Below are positions 55,791 to 64,000 of a DNA stretch of 64,000 bases, in pieces. A model generated the notes under the pieces. It searched no databases and had not been told where the DNA came from. It was given only the letters and a program-made list of their open reading frames with translations. How positions within the stretch are numbered: position 1 is the stretch's first letter; the number at the start of each line of letters is the position of its first letter. The position numbers and the translations under genes are program-made. The stretch is from Candidatus Micrarchaeota archaeon. GTDB taxonomy: Archaea; Micrarchaeota; Micrarchaeia; Norongarragalinales; Norongarragalinaceae. The DNA is taken from NCBI GenBank assembly GCA_016207165.1, contig JACQQD010000003.1, forward strand, positions 1 to 64,000, in the 5' to 3' direction.

Positions 55791-56933
55791 GTGAAGTTCA
55801 ACACGAAAGCGGTTCACGCCGGAGAAAAACCGGATTCCGCCACCGGGGCCCTGGCAACGCCCATTTATCAGACGAGCACGTACGCCCAGGACGCGCCCAA
55901 CCAACACAAGGGCTTCGATTACAGCCGGGCGGCCAACCCCACCCGGCAAATCCTGGAAAACAATTTGGCGGCCCTGGAAAACGTGGATTACGCCGTGGCA
56001 TTCTCTTCGGGCTTGGCGGCCACAAGCTCGGTGTTGAACTTGTTCAAGCAAGGCGACCATGTGGTCGCGTCACAAGACATGTACGGCGGCACGTACCGGT
56101 TGTTCAAGCAACTCTACGAAAAATACGGAGTCACCTTTGATTTCGTTGACGCGACGAACTCGGACGCCCTGCAATCCGCCATCAAACCCAACACCAAACT
56201 CGTATGGATTGAAACCCCCTCCAACCCGCTTCTCAAAATTACGGACATCAAAGCCGCCGCCGCCATCGCCCACGACGCCAACGCGCGGTTGGCCGTGGAC
56301 AGCACCTTGGCCACGCCCCACCTACAACAACCCTTTTCCTTGGGGGCCGACTTGGTCGTGCATTCCACCACGAAGTACCTCAACGGACACGCCGACGTCA
56401 TCGGCGGCGCGGTATGCGTCAAAGACAAAACCCTCTACGAACAGTTGCGCTTCTGGCAGAAGTCCGTGGGATCGGTTCCGGGCCCCCTGGATTGCTATTT
56501 GGTGTTGCGCGGAATCAAGACCCTGCCGCTTCGCATGGACCAGCACTCCAAGAACGCCATGACCGTCGCCCAATTCCTGCAAAGCCATCCCAAAGTCAAG
56601 CGCGTCATTTACCCCGGACTTCAAAGCCACCCCCAACACGAATTGGCGAAAAAACAGATGACCGCGTTTTCAGGAATGATTGCCGTGGAATTGGACGCCT
56701 CCTTTGAAAAAGCCATGGCGTTTGCCTCCAACTTGGAACTGTTCACCTTGGCCGAGGACTTGGGGGGAGTCAAGAGCCTGACGTGCCACCCGGCGTCCAT
56801 GACGCACGCCGCCGTCCCAAAACAAGAACGCCTCAAAACGGGATTCACCGACGAACTCATCCGCCTGAGCATCGGCATCGAGGACGCCGACGACCTCATC
56901 GAAGACCTTGAAAAAGCGCTGGACCCATTGTAG
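55791..56933 (+). CDS. Cystathionine gamma-lyase/synthase
   Basis: PIYQTST, YSRAANPT, ETPSNP, HSTTKYLNGH, IRLSIGIE; GTG start 55791. Confidence 0.93.
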   Translation: MKFNTKAVHAGEKPDSATGALATPIYQTSTYAQDAPNQHKGFDYSRAANPTRQILENNLAALENVDYAVAFSSGLAATSSVLNLFKQGDHVVASQDMYGGTYRLFKQLYEKYGVTFDFVDATNSDALQSAIKPNTKLVWIETPSNPLLKITDIKAAAAIAHDANARLAVDSTLATPHLQQPFSLGADLVVHSTTKYLNGHADVIGGAVCVKDKTLYEQLRFWQKSVGSVPGPLDCYLVLRGIKTLPLRMDQHSKNAMTVAQFLQSHPKVKRVIYPGLQSHPQHELAKKQMTAFSGMIAVELDASFEKAMAFASNLELFTLAEDLGGVKSLTCHPASMTHAAVPKQERLKTGFTDELIRLSIGIEDADDLIEDLEKALDPL

Positions 56934-58340
56934 ATGAATATGCCGAAATTCTTCAACACATTGACCCGCAAGAAGGAAGCGTTCAAGCCCCTCCAGAACA
57001 ACTTAGTGCGCTGGTACGCATGCGGCCCCACGGTGTACAATTATCCCCACATCGGCAACTACCGCGCGTACGCGTTTGTTGACTTGCTCCGCCGCTTTCT
57101 GGAATGGAAGAACTACAAAGTCATGCTGGTCATGAACATCACGGATGTGGACGACAAAACCATCCGCGACTCCCAAAAACAAGGCAAAACATTGGAAGAA
57201 TTCACGCGGTTCTACGAGAAAGGCTTTTTCGAGGACCTGCAAACACTGAACATTAAGCCCGCTAACTACTATCCCAGAGCCACGGACCACATCAACGACA
57301 TGGTCAGCCTCATTGGCGAATTGACGCTGGCCCACAAGGCGTACCAAGGCTCAGACGGGTCATGGTACTACAAGATTTCCGAGTTCTTGGACTACGGCAA
57401 GCTCTCGGGCCTCCAACAAAAGGACTTGAAAGCCGGAGCCTCCGGCCGCGTGGCGGCGGATGAATACACCAAGGACAACGTCTCCGACTTCGTATTGTGG
57501 AAAGCCTGGCAGCCAGACGACGGCGACGTGTACTGGGAAACCCGTCTTGGAAAAGGAAGGCCCGGCTGGCACATTGAATGCTCCGCCATGAGCACCAAGT
57601 ACCTGGGGTTTAGCTTTGACATCCACACCGGCGGCGTGGACTTAAAATTCCCCCACCACGAAAACGAGATTGCCCAGTCGGAAGGCGCGTCCAAAAAACC
57701 GTTTGTCAAGTACTGGCTGCACAACGAGCACCTCCTGGTTGAAGGCAAGAAAATGTCAAAATCCCTGGGCAACTTCTACACGCTGCGCGACTTGTTGGAC
57801 AAAAACCTCAAACCCGCGGCCATCCGCTACGCGCTCATTGCCACGCACTACCGAAGCCAACTGAACTTCACGTTTGACGTGGTGCACGCCGCAGAAAAAA
57901 CGCTGGACCGCCTCCAAGACTTTTTGGCTCGAGCGAAAGAAGCGGATGGAAAAAACAATCCCGGCTTGGAAAACGCGATCAAAAACACGAAAAAACGATT
58001 TGAAGACGCGTTGGACGACGACTTGGACGTCGCGCAGGCCCTCTCGGCGGTCTTTGAACTGGAGCACCAAGCCAACAAGGCCATGGCGCTGGGCCACGTC
58101 TCCAAAAAACAAGCCGAACGAATCGCAGACTTCTTTTGGAACGATTTTAACGCGGTCTTCGGCGTCCTGGAAAAAAAGTCCGCCACCGTGCCGAAAACCG
58201 TTTTGGACCTCGTGGAGAAACGGGAAGCCGCCCGAAAAAAGAAGGACTTCAAGGCCGCGGACGCGCTTCGAAACCAAATCAAGGAAAAGGGCTTCGAGGT
58301 CGTGGACGAGGCCACTGGGCCCCGGCTGAAAAAAACCTAA
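56934..58340 (+). CDS. cysS: Cysteinyl-tRNA synthetase
   Basis: CGPTVY, HIGN, GRPGWHIECSAM, FPHHENE, KMSKS. Confidence 0.98.
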   Translation: MNMPKFFNTLTRKKEAFKPLQNNLVRWYACGPTVYNYPHIGNYRAYAFVDLLRRFLEWKNYKVMLVMNITDVDDKTIRDSQKQGKTLEEFTRFYEKGFFEDLQTLNIKPANYYPRATDHINDMVSLIGELTLAHKAYQGSDGSWYYKISEFLDYGKLSGLQQKDLKAGASGRVAADEYTKDNVSDFVLWKAWQPDDGDVYWETRLGKGRPGWHIECSAMSTKYLGFSFDIHTGGVDLKFPHHENEIAQSEGASKKPFVKYWLHNEHLLVEGKKMSKSLGNFYTLRDLLDKNLKPAAIRYALIATHYRSQLNFTFDVVHAAEKTLDRLQDFLARAKEADGKNNPGLENAIKNTKKRFEDALDDDLDVAQALSAVFELEHQANKAMALGHVSKKQAERIADFFWNDFNAVFGVLEKKSATVPKTVLDLVEKREAARKKKDFKAADALRNQIKEKGFEVVDEATGPRLKKT

Positions 58341-58969
58341 CCACGAAGGTCCTGAAACGTTTTGTAGCCTTCCACCAAAAACAAGAATGCGGGAAGCAGG
58401 GGCGGAAAAACCGCGTCGAGACGGCCGACCCACAACGTGAAAAACAATCCGCCGAAAAGCAGGGCATCCCGCAGCAAGTACTTCTGGCGTTCCACGGCAT
58501 TGGACGCGTCCTGGGTTTTTCCTTCCTGGACCAGACGGTCAATGAATACCATCGTCAACGCAAACGACAGGAACACCAAACCAAACAGCGGCGCCACAAA
58601 AAACGGGTCCACGCGGTCGCGAAACGCATACAAAACCGCCAAAAAGACGCCCAAGCCCGTGAACACGGAAAGCCAGACCGTCACGCCTTTTTGCTTGGAC
58701 AAATTGACTTTGACTTGTTCAAGGTCCGACAGCAAACCAAAAAACATCTGGAAGCGGTTGCCGCGCCACTCCTTGGGAAAATCAAGGAAACGAACGGCCA
58801 AGGACCCAAACAACAGCAAAAATTCCAAGCCGTACGCGGCGCCCAACACCTTGAGGGAAAACGCGTCAAAGAAAACTCCGGAAACGGATTTGACCAACGC
58901 ATCAAAAAGGTACAACAAAAGAAGCAAGTGAACGGCGAAAACGCCGAGGCGATCCAAGGAAAAGCGCAT
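58337..58969 (-). CDS. Hypothetical membrane protein
   Basis: Multi-TM ORF directly downstream of alaS. Confidence 0.65.
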   Translation of the reverse strand: MRFSLDRLGVFAVHLLLLLYLFDALVKSVSGVFFDAFSLKVLGAAYGLEFLLLFGSLAVRFLDFPKEWRGNRFQMFFGLLSDLEQVKVNLSKQKGVTVWLSVFTGLGVFLAVLYAFRDRVDPFFVAPLFGLVFLSFALTMVFIDRLVQEGKTQDASNAVERQKYLLRDALLFGGLFFTLWVGRLDAVFPPLLPAFLFLVEGYKTFQDLRG

Positions 58970-58975
58970 GCTGTT

Positions 58976-61627
58976 TCACGCCTTCTTGCCGCGGGCAAAA
59001 CGCGTGGACCCGCCGCCTTTGGCCCCCGCGGCGTTCAAAAGAGCAGTGGCATCCTGTTTGGACGAGTCATGCGTGGCAGCCACGACCAAGCCCGTCTTGG
59101 TCCAAAGCACGCAATCGATTTTCTTCGCCAGCTCCGTGGCCAAAAGCTCTAGCGTCTTCATGTCGTCAAACGGCACTTCCTTGTTGACTTGAACCTGTTT
59201 CTTGGCCAACGCCTCGTCCAACACTTTCCTGGCAAACGACGCCGCCAAGAGGTCCTGGCTCTTCTCCACTTTCTTTTGCGCTTCCTTCCATTCTTCAAAA
59301 AGCCGGTTCACGCCGGAAGGCAATTGGTCCGCCGACACGCTTAAAACCGAGGCGGCCTCGTCCAACACTTTTTCCTGGTGCTGCACGAACTCCAAGGCTT
59401 TCGGCCCCGCACGGTAGCGGAGGCGAATGACGCCGTCCTGGACTTGGTCCACGCCGGTAATCTTCAGAAAACCAACTTGGTTCGTCGCGGTCCGGTGGAT
59501 TCCGCCGCACGCCTCCGCATCCCAATCTTGGATGGTCACCACGCGAATGGTCTTGCCAATGGCGCCGCCGCCCTGGTACAACCGGAAACCGTGTTCTTGT
59601 TCGGCGCGCCCCCGGTCCATTTCCTGGACCGTCACGGCCCGCGCCTGCATGATGACTTCGTTGGCCACCCGCTCCATTTCCTGGACTTTCTCCAGGGACG
59701 GGCGTTCAAAGTGCGTCACGTCCACGTGCGCCTCGGCTTCCTCCTTTTTGGAGCCGTGTTGCCACACGTGGCCGCCCAGCACTTTCCGAGCGGTGGCAAT
59801 CATGATGTGGGTGGCGGTGTGATGCCTGGAAATGCTTTCCCGGCGCGGCACGTCCAATTGCAGCAACACATCCTGGTTGAGCGTGAAATCCGACGCGTTG
59901 GAAACGTAGTGGATGACGACGGAACCCTGTTTTTGGACGTCCACCACGTCCACGCCCTCCATGAACCCGTGGTCAGCGGCTTGGCCTCCGCCTTCCGGAT
60001 AAAACAGCGTGCGGTCCAGCACCACGGCGTTGAAAAGAAAGTCCACGTGCAGGACTTTGGCGTGCGTCTGTTTCAGCGTGGCGTCCAAGTAATACAGTAA
60101 CTGGGTGGGGGGAAGCGGGGGCAAAACGATTTTGGTTTTGGGATCTTTTTCCGAATCCTCGTCGGAGTGGTCTTTCCCCATGACGTGTTTTTCGGTGAGC
60201 TGCTTGTAGAATTCGGAAGGGATTTGGATGGATTTGCCGGCGGCTTTCTCCAAGAGTTCCGGGGTGATGCCGTGGCTTTCGTACAGCGTCACCATTTCCT
60301 TTGTGGACAAGGGTTTTCCGGAGGCGACGACCTGTCGGGCCATGCCGGAGGCTTTCTGAAACGACGCCTCGTACTTGCGTTTTTCCACGCCCAAGACCGC
60401 AAACACGTCATCCAGGTTCTCGCGGAGTTCCGGGAACACGGGGTGCAAGTCGTCGGCGTGCAGTTGCATGACTTGTTCCAAATCCACGTTCAAATGGTAT
60501 TGGTGGATGAACGCCAACGCCCTGCGCAAAAGCACGCGCAAGTTGTAGCCGCCCGCCGAGTTGGAAGGCAACGCGCCGTCCGTCAACGCGAACAACAAGG
60601 CCCGCGAGTGGTCCGCCACGGCGTACAAGGCTTGTTGCGGCGCGATGGAGTGCTCCAATTCATTCAGTGAAATGGATAGCGCGGAGGCAATCTTTTGCTT
60701 CTCTTGCTTGAGGTCCACCGTGCTTTCCACGTCCAAACTCGCCGAGAGCTTGGCGTAGCGGTCCAAGAGTTCCTGGTCAAGCGACAGCCCGGCCTGGCGC
60801 CGCATGAAGGACAACGGCTTGGCAAACACCGCATCGTATGCGGTGGGCGTGCCGTTGTAGTACCACAGCAGCCGCTCAAAGCCCCACCCCACGTCGATGA
60901 CTTTGGTGTCCAACTCCTCAAACCCGGCCTTGGACGCGCGGAACTGCATGAACACGGAGTTGACCAGCTCCGATCCGTGCGCAAAGGACTCCATGGAGGG
61001 GCCGAACGCGGAAAAATCCGGCATGTTCCAGACGTCCTCGCCGTAGATGAGGTCCTCCTTGGAAACGCCCAACACGCCAGTGAGAAAATCGAAGTTGTAC
61101 TGCAGGCACTCTTCCTTCCAGTAGCCGTCTTGGGGGGCGTTAAACGCGTGCTGGCCCGCCATCATGAAACACGAGAAATGCCTTCCCGTAATACCGATGT
61201 TGGCGATGTCCGGAAAACGCAGGCACATCTGCGGCACCATCAACGGGTTGGCGGGATACTCAAAGACGACTTTGCCTTGCTCCAACCGCTGAAAATCCAC
61301 GATGGAGGCAATGGTAAAGGGTAAATCGTCGCGCCACCGGGACACCACGGGATACCGGGGAATCACGGCGTGGCCGTTTTTCTTCCAGAAACCCGCGAAC
61401 TTCTTCCAGAAACTCGCGTACGTCTCGGCCCGAGGCTGTTCACGGAAAAACGCGTATTGTTCATGCGAAGAGTCGCCGCACGTGTCGCGGGCCGAAACGG
61501 ACCAAAAACCCTTGCCGCAGATTTTGCACGCGTACCGGGAAAAGCCCTGCTCGTCAAACAAGGGCACCTGGTAGTACTTGGAATAATCCTCCCGGAACGT
61601 GTCCACGAGCGTTTTCTTGGAGAGCAT
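58976..61627 (-). CDS. alaS: Alanyl-tRNA synthetase (archaeal type)
   Basis: ASIVDFQ, QMCLRF, GRH, DVGWGFER, FYPEGGGQ, HHTATH, ACGGIH. Confidence 0.97.
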   Translation of the reverse strand: MLSKKTLVDTFREDYSKYYQVPLFDEQGFSRYACKICGKGFWSVSARDTCGDSSHEQYAFFREQPRAETYASFWKKFAGFWKKNGHAVIPRYPVVSRWRDDLPFTIASIVDFQRLEQGKVVFEYPANPLMVPQMCLRFPDIANIGITGRHFSCFMMAGQHAFNAPQDGYWKEECLQYNFDFLTGVLGVSKEDLIYGEDVWNMPDFSAFGPSMESFAHGSELVNSVFMQFRASKAGFEELDTKVIDVGWGFERLLWYYNGTPTAYDAVFAKPLSFMRRQAGLSLDQELLDRYAKLSASLDVESTVDLKQEKQKIASALSISLNELEHSIAPQQALYAVADHSRALLFALTDGALPSNSAGGYNLRVLLRRALAFIHQYHLNVDLEQVMQLHADDLHPVFPELRENLDDVFAVLGVEKRKYEASFQKASGMARQVVASGKPLSTKEMVTLYESHGITPELLEKAAGKSIQIPSEFYKQLTEKHVMGKDHSDEDSEKDPKTKIVLPPLPPTQLLYYLDATLKQTHAKVLHVDFLFNAVVLDRTLFYPEGGGQAADHGFMEGVDVVDVQKQGSVVIHYVSNASDFTLNQDVLLQLDVPRRESISRHHTATHIMIATARKVLGGHVWQHGSKKEEAEAHVDVTHFERPSLEKVQEMERVANEVIMQARAVTVQEMDRGRAEQEHGFRLYQGGGAIGKTIRVVTIQDWDAEACGGIHRTATNQVGFLKITGVDQVQDGVIRLRYRAGPKALEFVQHQEKVLDEAASVLSVSADQLPSGVNRLFEEWKEAQKKVEKSQDLLAASFARKVLDEALAKKQVQVNKEVPFDDMKTLELLATELAKKIDCVLWTKTGLVVAATHDSSKQDATALLNAAGAKGGGSTRFARGKKA

Positions 61628-61685
61628 GGCCACCAGCTTTAGGCTTTCGGCAACTATTTAATCTTGGCCTCGGTAGTTGTTCAAA

Positions 61686-63197
61686 ATGAAGGAAGCCTTC
61701 AACGTCAAAGTCTACGACATCGAACAAGGCCGAAACGAAGTCGTTTTGAGCGCCAAGCAGGCCCGCCGCATGGGCGTCGACGTTTCCGGCCGCGTCGAAC
61801 TATCCGTCGGAAAAAAGAAAACCACGGCCATCGTGAACCTGGCGCACCGGACCGTTTCAAACCACGAAATCGGCGTGTTCTGGGAAGCCGTGCAGGAACT
61901 CAAACTCAAAAACGGGCAAAAAATATCCGTGTCCCCGCTACGGCCGCCCGCGTCCCTGGACGCCATCCGGAGAAAACTGGACGGCAAGACGTTGGAACCC
62001 GTCGAAGTGCGTAGCATCATCACCGACTTGATGAACGGCCACTTGGCGACCCCCGAACTGGCCGCGTTCATCGCGGCGGTCCACACGCGCGACATGACCA
62101 TCGAGGAAACCACCGCGCTCACGGAAGCCATCTACCAGAGCGGCGAACGATTGACGTTCAAAAAAACAAAACCCGTGCTCAGCGAGCACAGCATCGGCGG
62201 CGTGGCCGGAGACCGAACCAGCATGCTGTTCGTACCCATCATGGCGTCTTTGGACGTGTTGGTACCCAAAACCTGCAGCCGCGCGATTTCCTCGGCCGCC
62301 GGCACCGCCGACGTCATGGAATTGTTTTGCCCCGTGGACTTGACCGCCCAAAAAATGAAGGCCGTCGTCGAAAAAACCAACGGGTGCCTGGTGTGGGGCG
62401 GGGCCGTGAACATGGCGGCCGCCGACGACAAGCTCATCCAAATCCGCCACCCCCTCCACTTGGACCCCCACCCGCTTTTGTTGTCCAGCATCCTGGCGAA
62501 AAAAAAAGCGGAAGGCGCAAAATACGTCATCCTGGATATCCCCACCGGCATCGGCGCCAAAGTCCGGGAAGTCGAGGAAGCCCGCGCCTTGGCTAAAAAG
62601 TTCCGGACTCTCGGCGAACACCTGGAAATCAACGTCGAAGTAACCATCACCGACGGTTCCGAGCCTTTGATGCCGTTTGCCGGCCCGGCGCTGGAAGCCA
62701 AAGAGGCGCTTAGGACCATGGAAGGATCCGGTTGGAACGGGTTGGCGGAAAAGTCATGCCAGCTCTCCGGCGTGGCCATCGCGCTTCTTCGAGGCGTCTC
62801 ACGCGAAGAAGGCTACCGCTTGGCGCGCCACCGCCTCAAAGACGGCCACGCCCTGCAGAAATTCTTGGAAATCGTGGCCGCGCAAGGCGGCAAAAAAGAG
62901 CCGCAAAGCGCGGACGTTCAAGTCGGAAAATTCCGAGCCACCGTGTTCGCTCCAGAGGAAGGCACCGTCGAGCACGTGGACAACCGCCGGCTTTCCCGCG
63001 TGGCCCGCGCATTGGGCGCTCCGGACGACAAACTGGGGGGCCTCCACGTGTTAGCCATGAAAGGCGACCGCGTCGAGAAAGGCCAACCCATCTGCGAACT
63101 GTACGCCTCAAGCCAAGACAAGCTGGACTACGGCCTCGAGCAAATCAAGCACTTCAATCCAGTGGACATCGAGAAAATCGTCATCGACGTGGTATAA
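61686..63197 (+). CDS. AMP phosphorylase (thymidine phosphorylase family)
   Basis: N-terminal AMPpase domain, HSIGGVAG, SRAISSAAGTAD, SILAKK, GPALEA. Confidence 0.92.
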   Translation: MKEAFNVKVYDIEQGRNEVVLSAKQARRMGVDVSGRVELSVGKKKTTAIVNLAHRTVSNHEIGVFWEAVQELKLKNGQKISVSPLRPPASLDAIRRKLDGKTLEPVEVRSIITDLMNGHLATPELAAFIAAVHTRDMTIEETTALTEAIYQSGERLTFKKTKPVLSEHSIGGVAGDRTSMLFVPIMASLDVLVPKTCSRAISSAAGTADVMELFCPVDLTAQKMKAVVEKTNGCLVWGGAVNMAAADDKLIQIRHPLHLDPHPLLLSSILAKKKAEGAKYVILDIPTGIGAKVREVEEARALAKKFRTLGEHLEINVEVTITDGSEPLMPFAGPALEAKEALRTMEGSGWNGLAEKSCQLSGVAIALLRGVSREEGYRLARHRLKDGHALQKFLEIVAAQGGKKEPQSADVQVGKFRATVFAPEEGTVEHVDNRRLSRVARALGAPDDKLGGLHVLAMKGDRVEKGQPICELYASSQDKLDYGLEQIKHFNPVDIEKIVIDVV

Positions 63198-63202
63198 ACC
63201 CA

Positions 63203-63778
63203 ATGGTCACTCATGTCGCCGTGTACCACCAAGTGGAACCAGCCGGACGCATGCAAAAGCCAGGAACCGCAATCACGTACTTTGAATTCCACGTCGGCAC
63301 GCCGGAAGAACTGGGAACCACGGCCATTTCTGAATTCAATCCGGGAAAACTATTGACCCGCGTCGCGGTCCGACGCATACCGTCCAGATACCGCGGCGTC
63401 TTGGCAAGAACCCTTCAAACCATGAGAGCCATTGGGTACATGCGCTACCGAATCGTTCAGAGAGCCGACCGGAAGCGGAAAGCCATCAGCAGCAACGTGT
63501 ACCCCAAAAAAAGCATTGGAAAGCGCATTCCAGGACTGGGAACCCGGTTGGAACGATACGTGACACGGTACCTAAGAAGGTCTCGGTGGGCCGTGCAGTA
63601 TTTTAGAACCACTAAAAATCCATCCGAGCCCCGTACCAAGCAAATCGTCGCCCGCGGCGGCCTCCCGAAAGACCAAGATGTGCATTGGCGCCGATGGGAA
63701 GCAGGACTCAAGCGGGCGGAGCGCCGGGCGTGGCGCGACCTTGGACGAAAACGCAAGGAATTGGGGACACCCGTGTGA
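63203..63778 (+). CDS. Arg/Lys-rich hypothetical protein, possibly GNAT-like
   Basis: ATG 63203; VYP..IPGLGTRLE resembles an acetyl-CoA loop. Confidence 0.55.
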   Translation: MVTHVAVYHQVEPAGRMQKPGTAITYFEFHVGTPEELGTTAISEFNPGKLLTRVAVRRIPSRYRGVLARTLQTMRAIGYMRYRIVQRADRKRKAISSNVYPKKSIGKRIPGLGTRLERYVTRYLRRSRWAVQYFRTTKNPSEPRTKQIVARGGLPKDQDVHWRRWEAGLKRAERRAWRDLGRKRKELGTPV

Positions 63779-64000
63779 AGAATCGTGAAAGACAGATCCG
63801 CATTGGTCACGTGCACTTAACCGTTTCAAATCTCTCCCTATCCATCGCGTTTTACCGGTTGCTGGGATTTGAAATCACGCAAAGAATGGGTGACCAAGCC
63901 GCGTTCTTGTCCTCTGGCGGATATCATCACACCATCGGATTGAACACGTGGAGCAAACCCGGAGCCCAAAAACCACAAAGCGGCCAAATCGGTTTGTACC
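63775..64000 (+). CDS. VOC/glyoxalase family protein (CatE-like), 3'-partial
   Basis: Not in ORF track: IGHVHLTVSNL..SIAFY.LLGF...AAFLSSGGYHHTIGLNTW; GTG overlaps the previous stop. Confidence 0.88.
   Translation, partial: MKNRERQIRIGHVHLTVSNLSLSIAFYRLLGFEITQRMGDQAAFLSSGGYHHTIGLNTWSKPGAQKPQSGQIGLY

Overview
Archaeal chromosomal segment, most likely a DPANN lineage such as Micrarchaeota or Iainarchaeota. That assignment is inferred from an HMf-type histone, the rpl1-rpl10(P0)-rpl12(P1) cluster, an ADP-dependent sugar kinase, AMP phosphorylase, DUF63/DUF373 genes, a stand-alone 5S rRNA and many interspersed ORFans. The window opens with a ~4.6 kb tyrosine-integrase element inserted at the 3' end of tRNA-Glu(UUC), bounded by 14-bp att repeats at 214-227 and 4790-4803. 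Its cargo is a CheD/CNF1/NTAN1-like Cys-His hydrolase and a coupled pair of an RHH-like gene and a divergent tRNA-guanine-transglycosylase-fold gene. The rest is mostly housekeeping: DNA repair (MutY, Nth, Nfo, PolX, split Hef), isoprenoid lipid genes, CoA, proline synthesis (fused ProB-ProA plus ProC), cysteine synthesis (SerK-like, CBS, CGL, CysRS) and translation. Signals absent from the ORF track include a box C/D guide sRNA aimed at 16S position 1402 whose guide implies U instead of the near-universal C, a structured leader with a Cys-containing uORF before the cysteine operon, a 37-aa hyperacidic microprotein, a 39-aa RHH antitoxin-like gene between the Hef halves, a 43-bp gene-end duplication around a palindrome, and an AT-rich patch inside tmk. 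All family calls come from motif recognition by eye; no searches were run.
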